A stretch of DNA of 64,000 nt from Candidatus Kapaibacterium sp. (GCA_963665665.1 OY762428.1:3264001-3328000), one strand, 5' to 3'; positions 9,789 through 20,282 are shown, counted from the first letter of the stretch. Notes: generated from the sequence alone by a model not told the origin. A program made the numbers and translations.

Positions 9789-10982
9789 TTATATAACGCC
9801 ATTTTCCTTCAGCTCGTTAATTTTTTCTTCGTCAAACCCAAGAGTTGCCAGTATTTCATTATTATGCTGGCCCAGTGTTGGCGGGGGAGTAACGGCTTTG
9901 CCCTCGTTTTTCTCCATTTTGGCTGTCTGGTTGAATACGGTGATTTCACCAACTCCTTCAAGATCAAGTTTGCTGAAAGTTTCCCTGTGTTCAATCTGTG
10001 GTGCAGTAAGGGCGTCGCCAAGCGACAGTATAGCTCCGGAAGGAACCCCGCTTTTATTCATGTTTTCAACCCAGTATTCCGTGGTTTGTTCCATCAGTTT
10101 TTCTTCCAGGATTGGGGTAAGCTCGAACCTGTTGGCTTTTCTTGTATCCCTTTCCTTAAAGCGCGGGTCTTCTTTCAGTTCGGGAAGGCCAGCCAGGTCG
10201 GCGACAGCTTCCCACTGTTCCTGTTTGTTGGCGGCAATATTAATATAGCCGTCTTTTGTTCTGAAAGTTCCCGAAGGAGCTGCCGTGAAATTATCATTAC
10301 CAAGGAGCGTAGGCTGTTGACCGGCAATCATCAGGTTTGCGGCCACCCATCCCATAAGTGGCATAACAGAATCAAGCAGGGCTATATCGATAAACTGGCC
10401 CTCGCCTGTTTTCTGCTGGTGGAACAATCCGGCCATAATGGCAAATGCAGCGTTTAGCCCTCCAACTGTGTCGCAAAGCGGGAATCCTGCGCGTAGCGGA
10501 TTAAGAGTTTTGTCGCCATTAACGGCCATTACTCCGCTCAGGCCCTGAATTATCTGGTCATAAGCCGGTTTTTTTGCATCCGGTCCTGTCTGTCCGAATC
10601 CCGAGATAGCACAATAAACCAGTTTGGGATTGATTTTTTTTAAAGATTCGTATCCGATTTCCAGCCTGTCCATAACGCCGGGACGGAAATTTTCTACCAC
10701 TACGTCGGCAGTTTTAACCAATTCCCTGAAAATTTCTTTTGCTTTCTGCTCTTTCAGGTTCAGTGTTATAGATTTCTTATTTGAATTTTGTGCTATGAAG
10801 CTTGTTCCCATAAGCTTCTGATTAAATTCCTTCACGCAGCCCAGTTTGCGGGCAAGGTCGCCGCCTTTCGGGTTTTCAATTTTGATAACCTCGGCTCCGA
10901 GCCATGCCAGGTGCAAAGTTGAAAACGGCCCAGACAGCACGTTTGTCAAATCCAGTACCCTTATTCCTTCTAAAATCCCCAT
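9789..10982 (-). CDS. Family III CoA-transferase (CaiB/BaiF)
   Basis: LEGIRVLDLT..LSGP, GAEVIKIE, ADVVVENFRPG, ISGFGQTGP..AYD; catalytic Asp region PLCDTVGG; PPTLGQH. Confidence 0.92.
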   Translation of the reverse strand: MGILEGIRVLDLTNVLSGPFSTLHLAWLGAEVIKIENPKGGDLARKLGCVKEFNQKLMGTSFIAQNSNKKSITLNLKEQKAKEIFRELVKTADVVVENFRPGVMDRLEIGYESLKKINPKLVYCAISGFGQTGPDAKKPAYDQIIQGLSGVMAVNGDKTLNPLRAGFPLCDTVGGLNAAFAIMAGLFHQQKTGEGQFIDIALLDSVMPLMGWVAANLMIAGQQPTLLGNDNFTAAPSGTFRTKDGYINIAANKQEQWEAVADLAGLPELKEDPRFKERDTRKANRFELTPILEEKLMEQTTEYWVENMNKSGVPSGAILSLGDALTAPQIEHRETFSKLDLEGVGEITVFNQTAKMEKNEGKAVTPPPTLGQHNNEILATLGFDEEKINELKENGVI

Positions 10983-11020
10983 TTAATTTCTCCGAAGTTT
11001 AAATATATGTTTTAAAAAAT

Positions 11021-11926
11021 CTATTTCCCTATCGGCCCTGACTTATACACATAGCCGGGCAGCTCTCTATCAAAAAAGATGCTTAGGTCTTTAGCAATAT
11101 CTATCAGTTTAAGCAGGTTGATGTCTTCTCTGATGCCGGCTCTTTGCAGGAAGTGAACAAGATCTTCTGTGCATACGTTGCCGGCTGCAAGTTTTGTAAA
11201 CGGACATCCTCCCAATCCGCCAAATGCTGATTCAAGGAATTTTGCTCCGCTTTCAATTGCTGCATAGCAGTTTGCAAGTCCGAGGCCATAAGTATTATGA
11301 AAATGGGCTGCAAGTTCAGCTTCCGGATCCATTTTCATTATAGTTGAGAATAAGTCTGCAACCTGGTATGGATTACCATGGCCGGCAGTATCAGCCAGGC
11401 TGATCTTTTTAATTCCGGCCGAAAAATATTTTTCAGCTATGGCAATTACATTTTCTTTGGGAACATTTCCTTCGAAGCCGCAACCGAATGCCGACTGAAC
11501 CGAAGCCTGTACTGTTTTGCCGGACTTCATAGCTTCAACGGCAATTTTTATTATCCTGTCAGCAGCGTCGGCTACAGTCATTCTTGTGTTTTTCATGCTG
11601 TGGGTTTCACTTGCCGATACTCCAACGCAGATCATATCGCATCCGCAATCTATGGCCCTTTCCACTCCTTTTCCATTCAGAGCCAGGCCGGACAGGATTA
11701 CTTTTTCCGGTTTGCGGCCGGGCTCGTTGTAATAACGAAAGATTTTATCGGTATCGGCCATCTGCGGCACTTTCACCGGATGAACGAAAGAACCGACCTG
11801 GATCATATCCATTCCCGCTTCTATCAGGGCGTCAATCCATTCGATCTTTTTTTCGAACGGAACAGTTGTTTTTTCCATTTGCAGGCCGTCCCTGAGGCCT
11901 GATTCGTGCAAAATAATTTCTTTCAT
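11021..11926 (-). CDS. Hydroxymethylglutaryl-CoA lyase family (DRE-TIM)
   Basis: LRDGLQME, SFVHP..VPQMAD, LADTAG, HFHNTYGLG, GGLGGCPF, GNVCTED. Confidence 0.9.
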   Translation of the reverse strand: MKEIILHESGLRDGLQMEKTTVPFEKKIEWIDALIEAGMDMIQVGSFVHPVKVPQMADTDKIFRYYNEPGRKPEKVILSGLALNGKGVERAIDCGCDMICVGVSASETHSMKNTRMTVADAADRIIKIAVEAMKSGKTVQASVQSAFGCGFEGNVPKENVIAIAEKYFSAGIKKISLADTAGHGNPYQVADLFSTIMKMDPEAELAAHFHNTYGLGLANCYAAIESGAKFLESAFGGLGGCPFTKLAAGNVCTEDLVHFLQRAGIREDINLLKLIDIAKDLSIFFDRELPGYVYKSGPIGK

Positions 11927-11974
11927 ATCAAAAGCCTGATCTATGTTTCAATTATACAAAAATAATTGGCGCCA

Positions 11975-13384
11975 TTAAGCGGCAGCCTCATCTTTTTCCT
12001 TAAATCCTTTCATCATCCATCCTTTAGCAAAGAACAGCGCTACCGGAGTTGAGATAGAAATAAATCCGTATATCAGCCACATTGTTTCTGTATTTAACGA
12101 TGCAAGCGGCATATCGTCGGGGCAATAGTTCATCAGGAACCAGCCTGAATATAAACTGGTAACCAATTTGGTCAGGAACCATGGGAACTGCCCCAATCCC
12201 ATGTAAATTCCCGTCATATCCTTTGGAGCGATTTCAGCAACCCATTGCAGAAAACGCGGCTGCCACATGGCTTCGCCGATAGTAAGAACTATTATATATA
12301 TAAACAAAGAATATATATTCGGCCCTGCTGTAAGTATAAATGGCGAAGCACCCATTATAGCAGTACCAATGATCATCATTTTATAAGTATGCTTTTTCAT
12401 TGTTAAAGCAGTGATCATTGGGGTCAGAACAAAAATAAAAATCGGGTTCAGATTTACGAAGAATTCAAAATTTTCGCTCACAAGGCCGTCAAAGGCTCGC
12501 TCGCAATATTGTGGCAGAGTCAGCCAGTTGTGGGCAAATAATGTTTGTACGGGAATTAAAATAAATATAAAGAACATGAACCTGTAATCCGTGATCGGAA
12601 ATCTTTTTATATAGCTGATAATTCTAACTTTTAATGGTTCTTTCTCTTTTTTAACTATTTCGGCTTCCTCTTCTTTTTCCTCGTCGGTTTGAACCTGTTC
12701 CATGGCATCTTTTATTGCCTTTTTGCTAAGGATAATCATAACCAGTACAAGCCCGACAATTGTAAGAGCTGCATATACCCAGAAAACCCCTGTAATTCCA
12801 AAAGCTTTGCGGACTGGCGGGGATATCAGCCCGGGGAGAAATCCGCCAAGGTTCATGATAGCATAAAGCATAGCATAACCCATTGCCGCAGTATCTTTAT
12901 TTGTAAATTTTCTTACTGCCGCATAGCAGGCTGGCTGGTAAATTCCATATCCGATAACAACTCCGGCAAGCCCGAGAATTGATATTAAATGTGCTGCTGA
13001 CCAAAGCCCTTCACCACCGGCAATATTGGGAATCCCGGCAAGCACAACCCGGCCAAAAAACATAGTGGCCAGGGCAATAATTAATGATCTCCTGACCCCA
13101 ATAAAATCAACCGTGGCCCCAAGTGCCAGCATTGCTATAGTAATTCCGGCAGTCAGAAGGCCTACCATTTGTCCGGCGTGTATGTCATTCAGCCCTACAT
13201 ACTCATTATAATACATTGCCAGAAGTCCAAGAATACCAAAATAAGCAAGGCCTTCAATAAGGTAGGAGATGTTAACTCCAAACAATGCCCTCGGTGCTTT
13301 CACAAGATCTTTAAACGGCTGGGTTATTTCCTGAATAACCTGAGAAATGATATTTTTATCTTTACTTTCCTTAGCATCCTGCAT
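11975..13384 (-). CDS. MFS transporter (POT/peptide-like)
   Basis: About 12 TM segments; EGLAYFG, YAIMNLGG, TIGEAMWQPR, APKDMTGIYMG. Confidence 0.85.
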   Translation of the reverse strand: MQDAKESKDKNIISQVIQEITQPFKDLVKAPRALFGVNISYLIEGLAYFGILGLLAMYYNEYVGLNDIHAGQMVGLLTAGITIAMLALGATVDFIGVRRSLIIALATMFFGRVVLAGIPNIAGGEGLWSAAHLISILGLAGVVIGYGIYQPACYAAVRKFTNKDTAAMGYAMLYAIMNLGGFLPGLISPPVRKAFGITGVFWVYAALTIVGLVLVMIILSKKAIKDAMEQVQTDEEKEEEAEIVKKEKEPLKVRIISYIKRFPITDYRFMFFIFILIPVQTLFAHNWLTLPQYCERAFDGLVSENFEFFVNLNPIFIFVLTPMITALTMKKHTYKMMIIGTAIMGASPFILTAGPNIYSLFIYIIVLTIGEAMWQPRFLQWVAEIAPKDMTGIYMGLGQFPWFLTKLVTSLYSGWFLMNYCPDDMPLASLNTETMWLIYGFISISTPVALFFAKGWMMKGFKEKDEAAA

Positions 13385-13571
13385 TAAATTCCCCTTAAAT
13401 ATTATTACCCTAAAATAATTTCAATTTTTACAAGTCTCTAAATTAATAATTTATACATCCTTATCCAATAAAAACGGATTTGAGATAAAAATTTCGGGTA
13501 GACAGTTTAGATCACACATCAAAAAATTAGAAACATTATAATTATATTTACTAATTATTTATTGGTGTACT

Positions 13572-14915
13572 ATGTTTGTTGCCCCTTTTTTCAAAGCTTA
13601 CCCGATATTGGTGCTGCTCTTGATACTATCATCATGCAATTCTGGTTTTCAGTCTGTTAATCCGGTAATTTTCACTTCAAATGAATTCAAAGGCTATGAA
13701 AATGTAGATAATCTTCTTGAATTTTCTGCATACCCACATACCAATGATAGAATTTCATCAATAGATGTTAAGATTTTTAAAAATGGAAAGGATGAAACCC
13801 CTGCCGGTCTGAAAATTGAAAAAAAATTGAAATCAACTGATCAATTGTCAAAAATTAAATTTGTTGTCAAATATCAAGGCCTCCCGGCCGGGGATTATCT
13901 TGTCCGGATAAATTATCAAATTTCTGATAAGATGGTGAATGAGAAAGTTCCTCTGTTAATTTCGAAGTTGGGCATAGCCCATGAAAGCGAAGTGGCAATA
14001 AATAATTTCCTTGAGGAAAACAGTTTTATTGGCAGTAAAATATTTTTTTCTGCCACAGCTGAAAATCCCGTTAATGATTTTAACAATTATACAACAATTA
14101 TTAATATTGATACAGCTCAATATGAGTTCTCAGGATTAATAATACCTGAAAATTCAGCCCCCGTTCCGGCAGCTGATGCTAAAACTGTCAGGTGCACAAT
14201 ATTATGGCAAAATCCTGCTGATAATAGTCCGGTTGAAGTATTCAGAAGTTCGGAATTTCCCCTGAAACAACAGCCGCCCGATATTAACCTTTCAAACAAA
14301 TTATATGAACTTCATGGATCCGGGAAGAAACTCAGCCTGATTGTTTCCGGTATTAAAATCAATAACCCGGATTTCGGCATTCTTCCTGCCGGAGATAAAT
14401 TCGTAAATAGCAATTGCCCGGGTATTATAACCTGTAAGGCTGAATTTGGCGGGGATCTTCAGGAAAATATTATAACAACAATTAATTGCGGCGTAAAATT
14501 TGGTTTTTCCTTTAATAAAATAAAGGATTATCTGACTGAAATTTCCGATATACTACCGTCAAAATCGAAGCTTGAATGCTGGAAAAAGGTATATGACTAT
14601 TTCGAAGGGCAGAATTCAATCGTTACTTCAACTGATAATAGCGGATGTGTTGTTTACGATAATGTGTATTTCAAAATTGAAGATATTGAGACATTTCTAT
14701 CCGAGGGAGATGTTGAGATTGTTTCCGAACCTATAATTCAGAGGATGTTTGATTATTATATAATCCATCTTGAATTAAAACCTAAGGGACGAAATAAAAA
14801 AATAAACGGACAGATTGTTTTTACAGTTTCCGCTAAAGCTGTAAATCCTGCTAATAGTATAGAATCAATTACGGTTACAGAAAAAGTAATTGCGCCGTTG
14901 AATTATTCTGAGTAA
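13572..14915 (+). CDS. Hypothetical lipoprotein, beta-rich
   Basis: Long ORF with lipobox-like LILSSC. No family recognised. Confidence 0.6.
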   Translation: MFVAPFFKAYPILVLLLILSSCNSGFQSVNPVIFTSNEFKGYENVDNLLEFSAYPHTNDRISSIDVKIFKNGKDETPAGLKIEKKLKSTDQLSKIKFVVKYQGLPAGDYLVRINYQISDKMVNEKVPLLISKLGIAHESEVAINNFLEENSFIGSKIFFSATAENPVNDFNNYTTIINIDTAQYEFSGLIIPENSAPVPAADAKTVRCTILWQNPADNSPVEVFRSSEFPLKQQPPDINLSNKLYELHGSGKKLSLIVSGIKINNPDFGILPAGDKFVNSNCPGIITCKAEFGGDLQENIITTINCGVKFGFSFNKIKDYLTEISDILPSKSKLECWKKVYDYFEGQNSIVTSTDNSGCVVYDNVYFKIEDIETFLSEGDVEIVSEPIIQRMFDYYIIHLELKPKGRNKKINGQIVFTVSAKAVNPANSIESITVTEKVIAPLNYSE

Positions 14916-15045
14916 AAAAAAATATTTTTTTTTGGTAAGACTAAAATAAATAGGACTTGTTGCGTCTTATTTATTGAGGCTGATGAAAACAGCCAAAGGA
15001 ATTGAAGAAAATTAATTTTATACAGTTTTAAATCAGGAGAAAAAA

Positions 15046-16038
15046 ATGGATCTCAGAACAACTTATCTCGGACTTGAATTAAATTCACCTATCGTTGTTT
15101 CCGCATCACCGCTTTCAGAAAACGTTGAAAACATTAAATTAATGGAAGAAAAAGGTGCAGGCGCCGTAGTACTTTATTCACTCTTCGAAGAACAGCTTCG
15201 TCAGGATCAGTTACTTGCTGATTATCACGACAATCTTGGCGAAGGCCTTTCCGCAGAGTCAGGAAGTTTCTTCCCGACACCGGACGAATACCGTACCGGC
15301 CCGGAAGAATATCTTGAATTGATTAAAAATGCCAAGGCTGCCGTTAAAATTCCAATCATTGCAAGCCTTAACGGATCGACCCGGGGCGGTTGGATAAGCT
15401 ATGCGAAGAAAATGCAGGAAGCCGGCGCAGATGCTCTTGAGCTGAATATATATGATATTCCAACAAACCTTGACGAGAGCGCCGATAAAGTTGAAGAAAG
15501 ATATATTGAAGTAGTAAAGGCAGTAAAAAGCGAAGTATCAATACCTGTAGCCGTAAAGCTCAGCCCCTTCTTTTCGAATATGGCAAACATGGCCCGCAAG
15601 CTGAAAGAAGCCGGAGCTGACGGACTGGTAATGTTCAACCGATTCTACCAGCCGGGTATCGACCTTGAAAATCTGGAGATTGTTCCAAACCTAATGCTCA
15701 GCCACTCATCTGCATCAAGGCTTCCCATGCGCTGGATTGCTATACTGAAAGACAGAATAGATGTTAGCTATGCTGCAACAAGCGGTATCCACACGGGTGA
15801 AGATGTAGCAAAAATGTTGCTGGTTGGCGCTAACGCCACAATGGTATGCTCGGCACTGCTGAAAAATGGAATAGGTCACATTGCAGAAATGAAAGATCAG
15901 CTTGAGAACTGGATGAAAGAAAAAGAACATAAATCAATAAGTGATTTTTCTGCCAGTATGACACAGGCAAAGATCGAAGACCCCGGAAAATTTGAAAGAG
16001 CACAGTACATGAAGGCTCTTACAGGATATAAAGTGTAA
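15046..16038 (+). CDS. Dihydroorotate dehydrogenase-like flavoprotein (DHOD_like)
   Basis: MDLRTTYLGLELNSPIVVSASP, GAGAVVLYSLFEEQ, ELNIY, PVAVKLSPFFS, FNRFYQP, FERAQY. SD AGGAG. Confidence 0.88.
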   Translation: MDLRTTYLGLELNSPIVVSASPLSENVENIKLMEEKGAGAVVLYSLFEEQLRQDQLLADYHDNLGEGLSAESGSFFPTPDEYRTGPEEYLELIKNAKAAVKIPIIASLNGSTRGGWISYAKKMQEAGADALELNIYDIPTNLDESADKVEERYIEVVKAVKSEVSIPVAVKLSPFFSNMANMARKLKEAGADGLVMFNRFYQPGIDLENLEIVPNLMLSHSSASRLPMRWIAILKDRIDVSYAATSGIHTGEDVAKMLLVGANATMVCSALLKNGIGHIAEMKDQLENWMKEKEHKSISDFSASMTQAKIEDPGKFERAQYMKALTGYKV

Positions 16039-16068
16039 AATAATAACGTTGTATAAACTCCGAAGATT

Positions 16069-16098
16069 AAAAATGCCCCTGCAACACGGGGCATTTTT
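16069..16098 (+). terminator. Intrinsic terminator
   Basis: AAAAATGCCCC-TGCAACAC-GGGGCATTTTT. Confidence 0.8.
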
Positions 16099-16423
16099 AT
16101 TTTTTGATTTTGAATAAGAAAAGCATAAATAATAAATACTTGGTAAATAAGCAACAAAAAAAAGAACTTTTTTTAAACACTTAGTCTTGGCTAAACAAAT
16201 ATTTTACAATTTTCTTTTTTTTGTTGTTTTTTATGAGATTTTATTAATCTATGGTATAGAATGTTTTATGGGAATATTTGCAACACGCCTATCACATAAT
16301 GATTTTTTGTTTTGAATATATACTTGAATATTCTAATAAAACTTACTAAGTTTCGGTAATGCAGGTTGAATAAAATACTTGTAAGCATAACTAACACTTT
16401 ATTGAAAAATGTAAAGTAGAAAC

Positions 16424-18268
16424 ATGGATAAGAAAGTAGAGTACCTAAACGAAGCTACAATCCGTTTTGCCGGAGACTCAGGCGACGGTATGCAGCTGTC
16501 AGGAACGCAATTCTCGATCACATCCGGAGCCATCGGTAACGATGTAAACACTTTTCCGGATTATCCTTCCGAAATCAGGGCGCCGGAAGGAACACTTTAT
16601 GGTGTAAGCGCCTACCAGGTAAAATTTGCCGCAAAAAAAATTCATACTTTTGGAGAAGAAATCGACGTCTTGGTTGCAATGAACGCTTCCTCCCTGAAAG
16701 TAAACCTTCCAAAGGTTCGTAAGAACGGGATAATCATTGCAAATGCAGCTGGTTTTGGCAAGAAAAACCTGAACCTCGCTAAATACGAAACCAATCCTCT
16801 TGAGGACGGTTCTTTATCGGACTACCGTCTTTACACGATAGACATGATTGAACAGGTACAGGAAATACTAAAAGATTCCGGTATGTCGCCCAAAAATATA
16901 CAAAGAGCAAAAAATGTTTTCGCTCTTGGTATGACTTACTGGCTGTTCGACAGGCCTTTGGGCCCGACTGAAAACTGGCTTAAGATTAAATTCAAGAAAA
17001 AAGAAACTATTCTTGATTCAAACCTTAAGGTTCTTGAAGCAGGTTATAATTTTGCTAAAGAATCTGAAATGTTTGCTGAGCAATATAAAGTCCAGGCTGC
17101 TGACCTTAAAGAAGGAATTTACAGGAATATTACCGGTAATGAAGCTGTAGCAATCGGGCTGACCGTTGCTGCAAACAAAGCCAACCTGCCGCTTTACCTT
17201 GGATCATACCCAATAACACCGGCAACCGAGATACTTCATTTTATTTCGGGATATAAAAAGTACGGTGTTAAGCACCTCCAGTGCGAAGATGAAATTGCGG
17301 GTATTTCCAGCTCTATTGGCGCTGCGTTTGGCGGTTACTTTGCTGCTACAACAACCAGTGGCCCCGGTTTGTCCCTTAAGGTGGAAGCAATCGGGCTTGG
17401 GATTATCATGGAACTGCCACTTGTTATCGTTGATGTTCAAAGGGCAGGCCCCAGTACGGGTATCCCTACAAAACCGGAACAGTCAGACCTTTTAATGGCG
17501 ATGTACGGACGCCACGGAGAAGCCCCGCTTCCAATAGTTGCTGCCAGAGATGCTGCTGACTGTTTCTATCAGACAATTGAAGCTGCCAGGCTGGCATTAA
17601 AATACATGACACCGGTTATTCTTCTTACTGACGGTTACCTTGCACAGGGCACAAGCCCCTTCAGGGTTCCTAATCTTGACGAATTACCTGATATCAGCGT
17701 TGAATTTGCTAAAGAAGGCGAAGAATATTATCCGTATAAACGCGACCCCGAAACCATGTCAAGGAAATGGGCCATTCCCGGTACTCCGGGCCTTGAACAC
17801 AGGATTGGCGGACTTGAAAAAGATGTACTTACAGGTAACGTAAGCAGCGACCCTGATAACCACCAGAAAATGGTTGATCTTCGTGCTGCCAAGATTGAAA
17901 ATATTGCCAATGATATTCCAGATGCTGAAGTTATCGGCGACCAGGAAGGCGATCTTCTCGTTCTTGGTTGGGGCGGTACTTATGGCGCTATTACTGATGC
18001 TGTTGCCAAGCTTCATAGCGAAGGCAAGAAAGTATCATACTGCCACCTTGTTCATCTTAATCCATTCCCGAAAAATCTTGGTGATATTCTTTCTAAATTT
18101 GACAGGGTACTTATACCGGAACTAAATAGCGGGCATCTGAATATTTTAATCAGGTCTAAATATATGAGGCCTGCAATCGGATTGAACAAAGTTGAAGGTT
18201 TGCCGCTTAAAGCCGACGTGGTTGAAGCAAAAATTAACGAACTCTTACTCGAAAAGGAGGGTAAATAA
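16424..18268 (+). CDS. korA: 2-oxoacid:ferredoxin oxidoreductase alpha subunit
   Basis: IRFAGDSGDGMQL, YPITPA, QCEDEIAG, TTTSGPG, VQRAGPSTG. Confidence 0.93.
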   Translation: MDKKVEYLNEATIRFAGDSGDGMQLSGTQFSITSGAIGNDVNTFPDYPSEIRAPEGTLYGVSAYQVKFAAKKIHTFGEEIDVLVAMNASSLKVNLPKVRKNGIIIANAAGFGKKNLNLAKYETNPLEDGSLSDYRLYTIDMIEQVQEILKDSGMSPKNIQRAKNVFALGMTYWLFDRPLGPTENWLKIKFKKKETILDSNLKVLEAGYNFAKESEMFAEQYKVQAADLKEGIYRNITGNEAVAIGLTVAANKANLPLYLGSYPITPATEILHFISGYKKYGVKHLQCEDEIAGISSSIGAAFGGYFAATTTSGPGLSLKVEAIGLGIIMELPLVIVDVQRAGPSTGIPTKPEQSDLLMAMYGRHGEAPLPIVAARDAADCFYQTIEAARLALKYMTPVILLTDGYLAQGTSPFRVPNLDELPDISVEFAKEGEEYYPYKRDPETMSRKWAIPGTPGLEHRIGGLEKDVLTGNVSSDPDNHQKMVDLRAAKIENIANDIPDAEVIGDQEGDLLVLGWGGTYGAITDAVAKLHSEGKKVSYCHLVHLNPFPKNLGDILSKFDRVLIPELNSGHLNILIRSKYMRPAIGLNKVEGLPLKADVVEAKINELLLEKEGK

Positions 18269-18269
18269 A

Positions 18270-19325
18270 ATGAAAACCCTATTAAATCAGGTTGTAGATT
18301 TCGAAGATACCACACTCGAAGAAAAATTGAGCCCTAAGGATTTTAAAACTCCTATAGATGTTCGTTGGTGTGCCGGATGTGGCGGCTATTCCATACTTTC
18401 CCAAACACAGAAAATTTTGTCATCAATGGGTATTCCAAGGGAAAAATTCGTTTTCGTATCCGGTATCGGCTGTTCAAGCCGCTTTCCTTATTACGTTGAT
18501 GTATATGGCCTGCATACTATGCACGGACGTGCCCTTCCAATAGCTTCCGGCCTTAAAGTAGCCAGGCCTGACCTTTCTATATGGGTTGCCACTGGTGACG
18601 GTGACGCAATGAGTATTGGCGGTAACCACTTTATCCATGCGGCAAGGCGTAATATGGATCTCCAGGTATTGATGTTCAACAATGCTGTTTACTCACTAAC
18701 AAAAGGGCAGTATTCACCAACATCACTCGAAGGACAGGTAACAAAATCATCTCCGCTGGGTGTTCTGGACGATCCGTTCAATCCGGCAGCTCTTGCCCTT
18801 GGTGCCGGCGCTACATTTGTAGCCAGGGCCTATGACAAAGACGTAAAAACAATGCAGTATATGTTCGAGAGAGCCTCTCAGCACAAGGGATTTGCATTTG
18901 TGGAAGTATATGCAAACTGTGTGATTTATAATGACGGCGCTTTTGATCTCTTTACAAGCAAACAAACACGTAAAGAGCATACTGTTGAATTACGTCACGG
19001 CCAGCCATTGGTATTTGGCAACGAAGATGACAAGGGTATCATTCTTGACGGTTTTTCTCCCAAGGTTGTATCTTTAACTGACGGGAAGTATTCAAAGAAC
19101 GATCTCCTGGTACATGACGAAACCGACTCCACTCTTGCTTTTGTATTGGCAAACATGACTTATAGTACTGAACTTCCAAGGCCAATGGGAGTGTTCCAGG
19201 CAATCCGCAAACCTACTTACAGCGAAAAGGTTGAAGCACAGCTTGAACATCATAAAAATGATCCGGGCGCTTACGACCTGGAAGCTCTGATGAAGGGTAA
19301 AGATTTCTGGGAAATAAAGAAATAA
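18270..19325 (+). CDS. korB: 2-oxoacid:ferredoxin oxidoreductase beta subunit
   Basis: RWCAGCG, SGIGCSSR, HGRA, TPP motif GDGD, NCVIYN. Start at ATG 18270 after AAGGAGG. Confidence 0.93.
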   Translation: MKTLLNQVVDFEDTTLEEKLSPKDFKTPIDVRWCAGCGGYSILSQTQKILSSMGIPREKFVFVSGIGCSSRFPYYVDVYGLHTMHGRALPIASGLKVARPDLSIWVATGDGDAMSIGGNHFIHAARRNMDLQVLMFNNAVYSLTKGQYSPTSLEGQVTKSSPLGVLDDPFNPAALALGAGATFVARAYDKDVKTMQYMFERASQHKGFAFVEVYANCVIYNDGAFDLFTSKQTRKEHTVELRHGQPLVFGNEDDKGIILDGFSPKVVSLTDGKYSKNDLLVHDETDSTLAFVLANMTYSTELPRPMGVFQAIRKPTYSEKVEAQLEHHKNDPGAYDLEALMKGKDFWEIKK

Positions 19326-19346
19326 GCTATATATTGCACTAAATAT

Positions 19347-19377
19347 AGAAAAGCCCGCTACTGTAGCGGGCTTTTCT
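19347..19377. terminator. Bidirectional intrinsic terminator
   Basis: AGAAAAGCCCGCTAC-T-GTAGCGGGCTTTTCT palindrome between convergent genes. Confidence 0.85.
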
Positions 19378-19401
19378 GTTATTTCAATCTTTTTGAATTT
19401 A

Positions 19402-20019
19402 TTACATTCTTCTGAATAAATAATAACCGCCAAAAAATAATATAAGGCTACCCAGAATAATAGCTCCCCATTCCGGTAATGTAGGAATAACATCCATTAT
19501 TTTTATCGGGTGTGTTTCATCATCAAGCATAACAACGGCCGGATTGCCTTCCCCGCTTGTTCCGTCTGAAGCAATTACATAATCAATAAAATATGATCCT
19601 GTTTTATCACCGTGGTTTATTGTAAAGTCCCAATTAATAATATCATTCTCGATTTGAGTAATCGAAGAACTAGATTTGCCAAACCACCAGAAATGAGACG
19701 GAGTAGCAGGGTTATCCGATTCGTACATTGCAGAAGCTGTTGCGTCATAAGTGATCGTTCCGCTTTGATCACCGGTATATGGGAATGAATTATTCTCAAC
19801 AGTCCAATTATCAGGCAATTGCATTCCAAAATATAAATTTTCCGGACTGCCGCTTCCCAATGGATGAACACGTACCTTAATTCGTACACTTACGTCAATT
19901 CCCTGGCCGATCATCCCGGTAGCAGGCTGATTGACAAACACAAATTCAAAACAACCGTAAACAATTAATACAATACAAGAGATAAGTATAAGTAACAGGA
20001 GTTTAAATTTTTTCATCAT
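19402..20019 (-). CDS. Exported protein with IPTL-CTERM sorting tail
   Basis: Start MMKKFKLLLL...LIVYGC (signal or lipobox). C-terminus IPTLPEWGAIILGSLILFFGGYYLFRRM = motif + TM helix + basic end. Confidence 0.8.
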   Translation of the reverse strand: MMKKFKLLLLILISCIVLIVYGCFEFVFVNQPATGMIGQGIDVSVRIKVRVHPLGSGSPENLYFGMQLPDNWTVENNSFPYTGDQSGTITYDATASAMYESDNPATPSHFWWFGKSSSSITQIENDIINWDFTINHGDKTGSYFIDYVIASDGTSGEGNPAVVMLDDETHPIKIMDVIPTLPEWGAIILGSLILFFGGYYLFRRM

Positions 20020-20282
20020 TCTATCCCAAGGGGTTACAAACGTATCAATATTAATGTAATCAAATTTTTTTAAATTTTCAAAAATCATTGGTTTTTTTAT
20101 ATAGATTTTGTTGCTTCAAAGTGTATAATATTTGTTAATAGTTTTATTTGCTCATATATAAGTTGTTTTGCGTTGAAAATTAGTTTTCTGTCAGGTTAAA
20201 ATATTGTTCGCATAAAATATTCTGAAAAAATTTCCTATTTTTGACGATTCTTTGAATTGATAAATATATCAGGCGCCATTTT

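Noticed and set aside
14978-14995. Hammerhead ribozyme (CTGATGA core)
   Set aside because: Only a 5-bp hairpin GGCTG/CAGCC. There is no stem II or GAAA/NUH arrangement.
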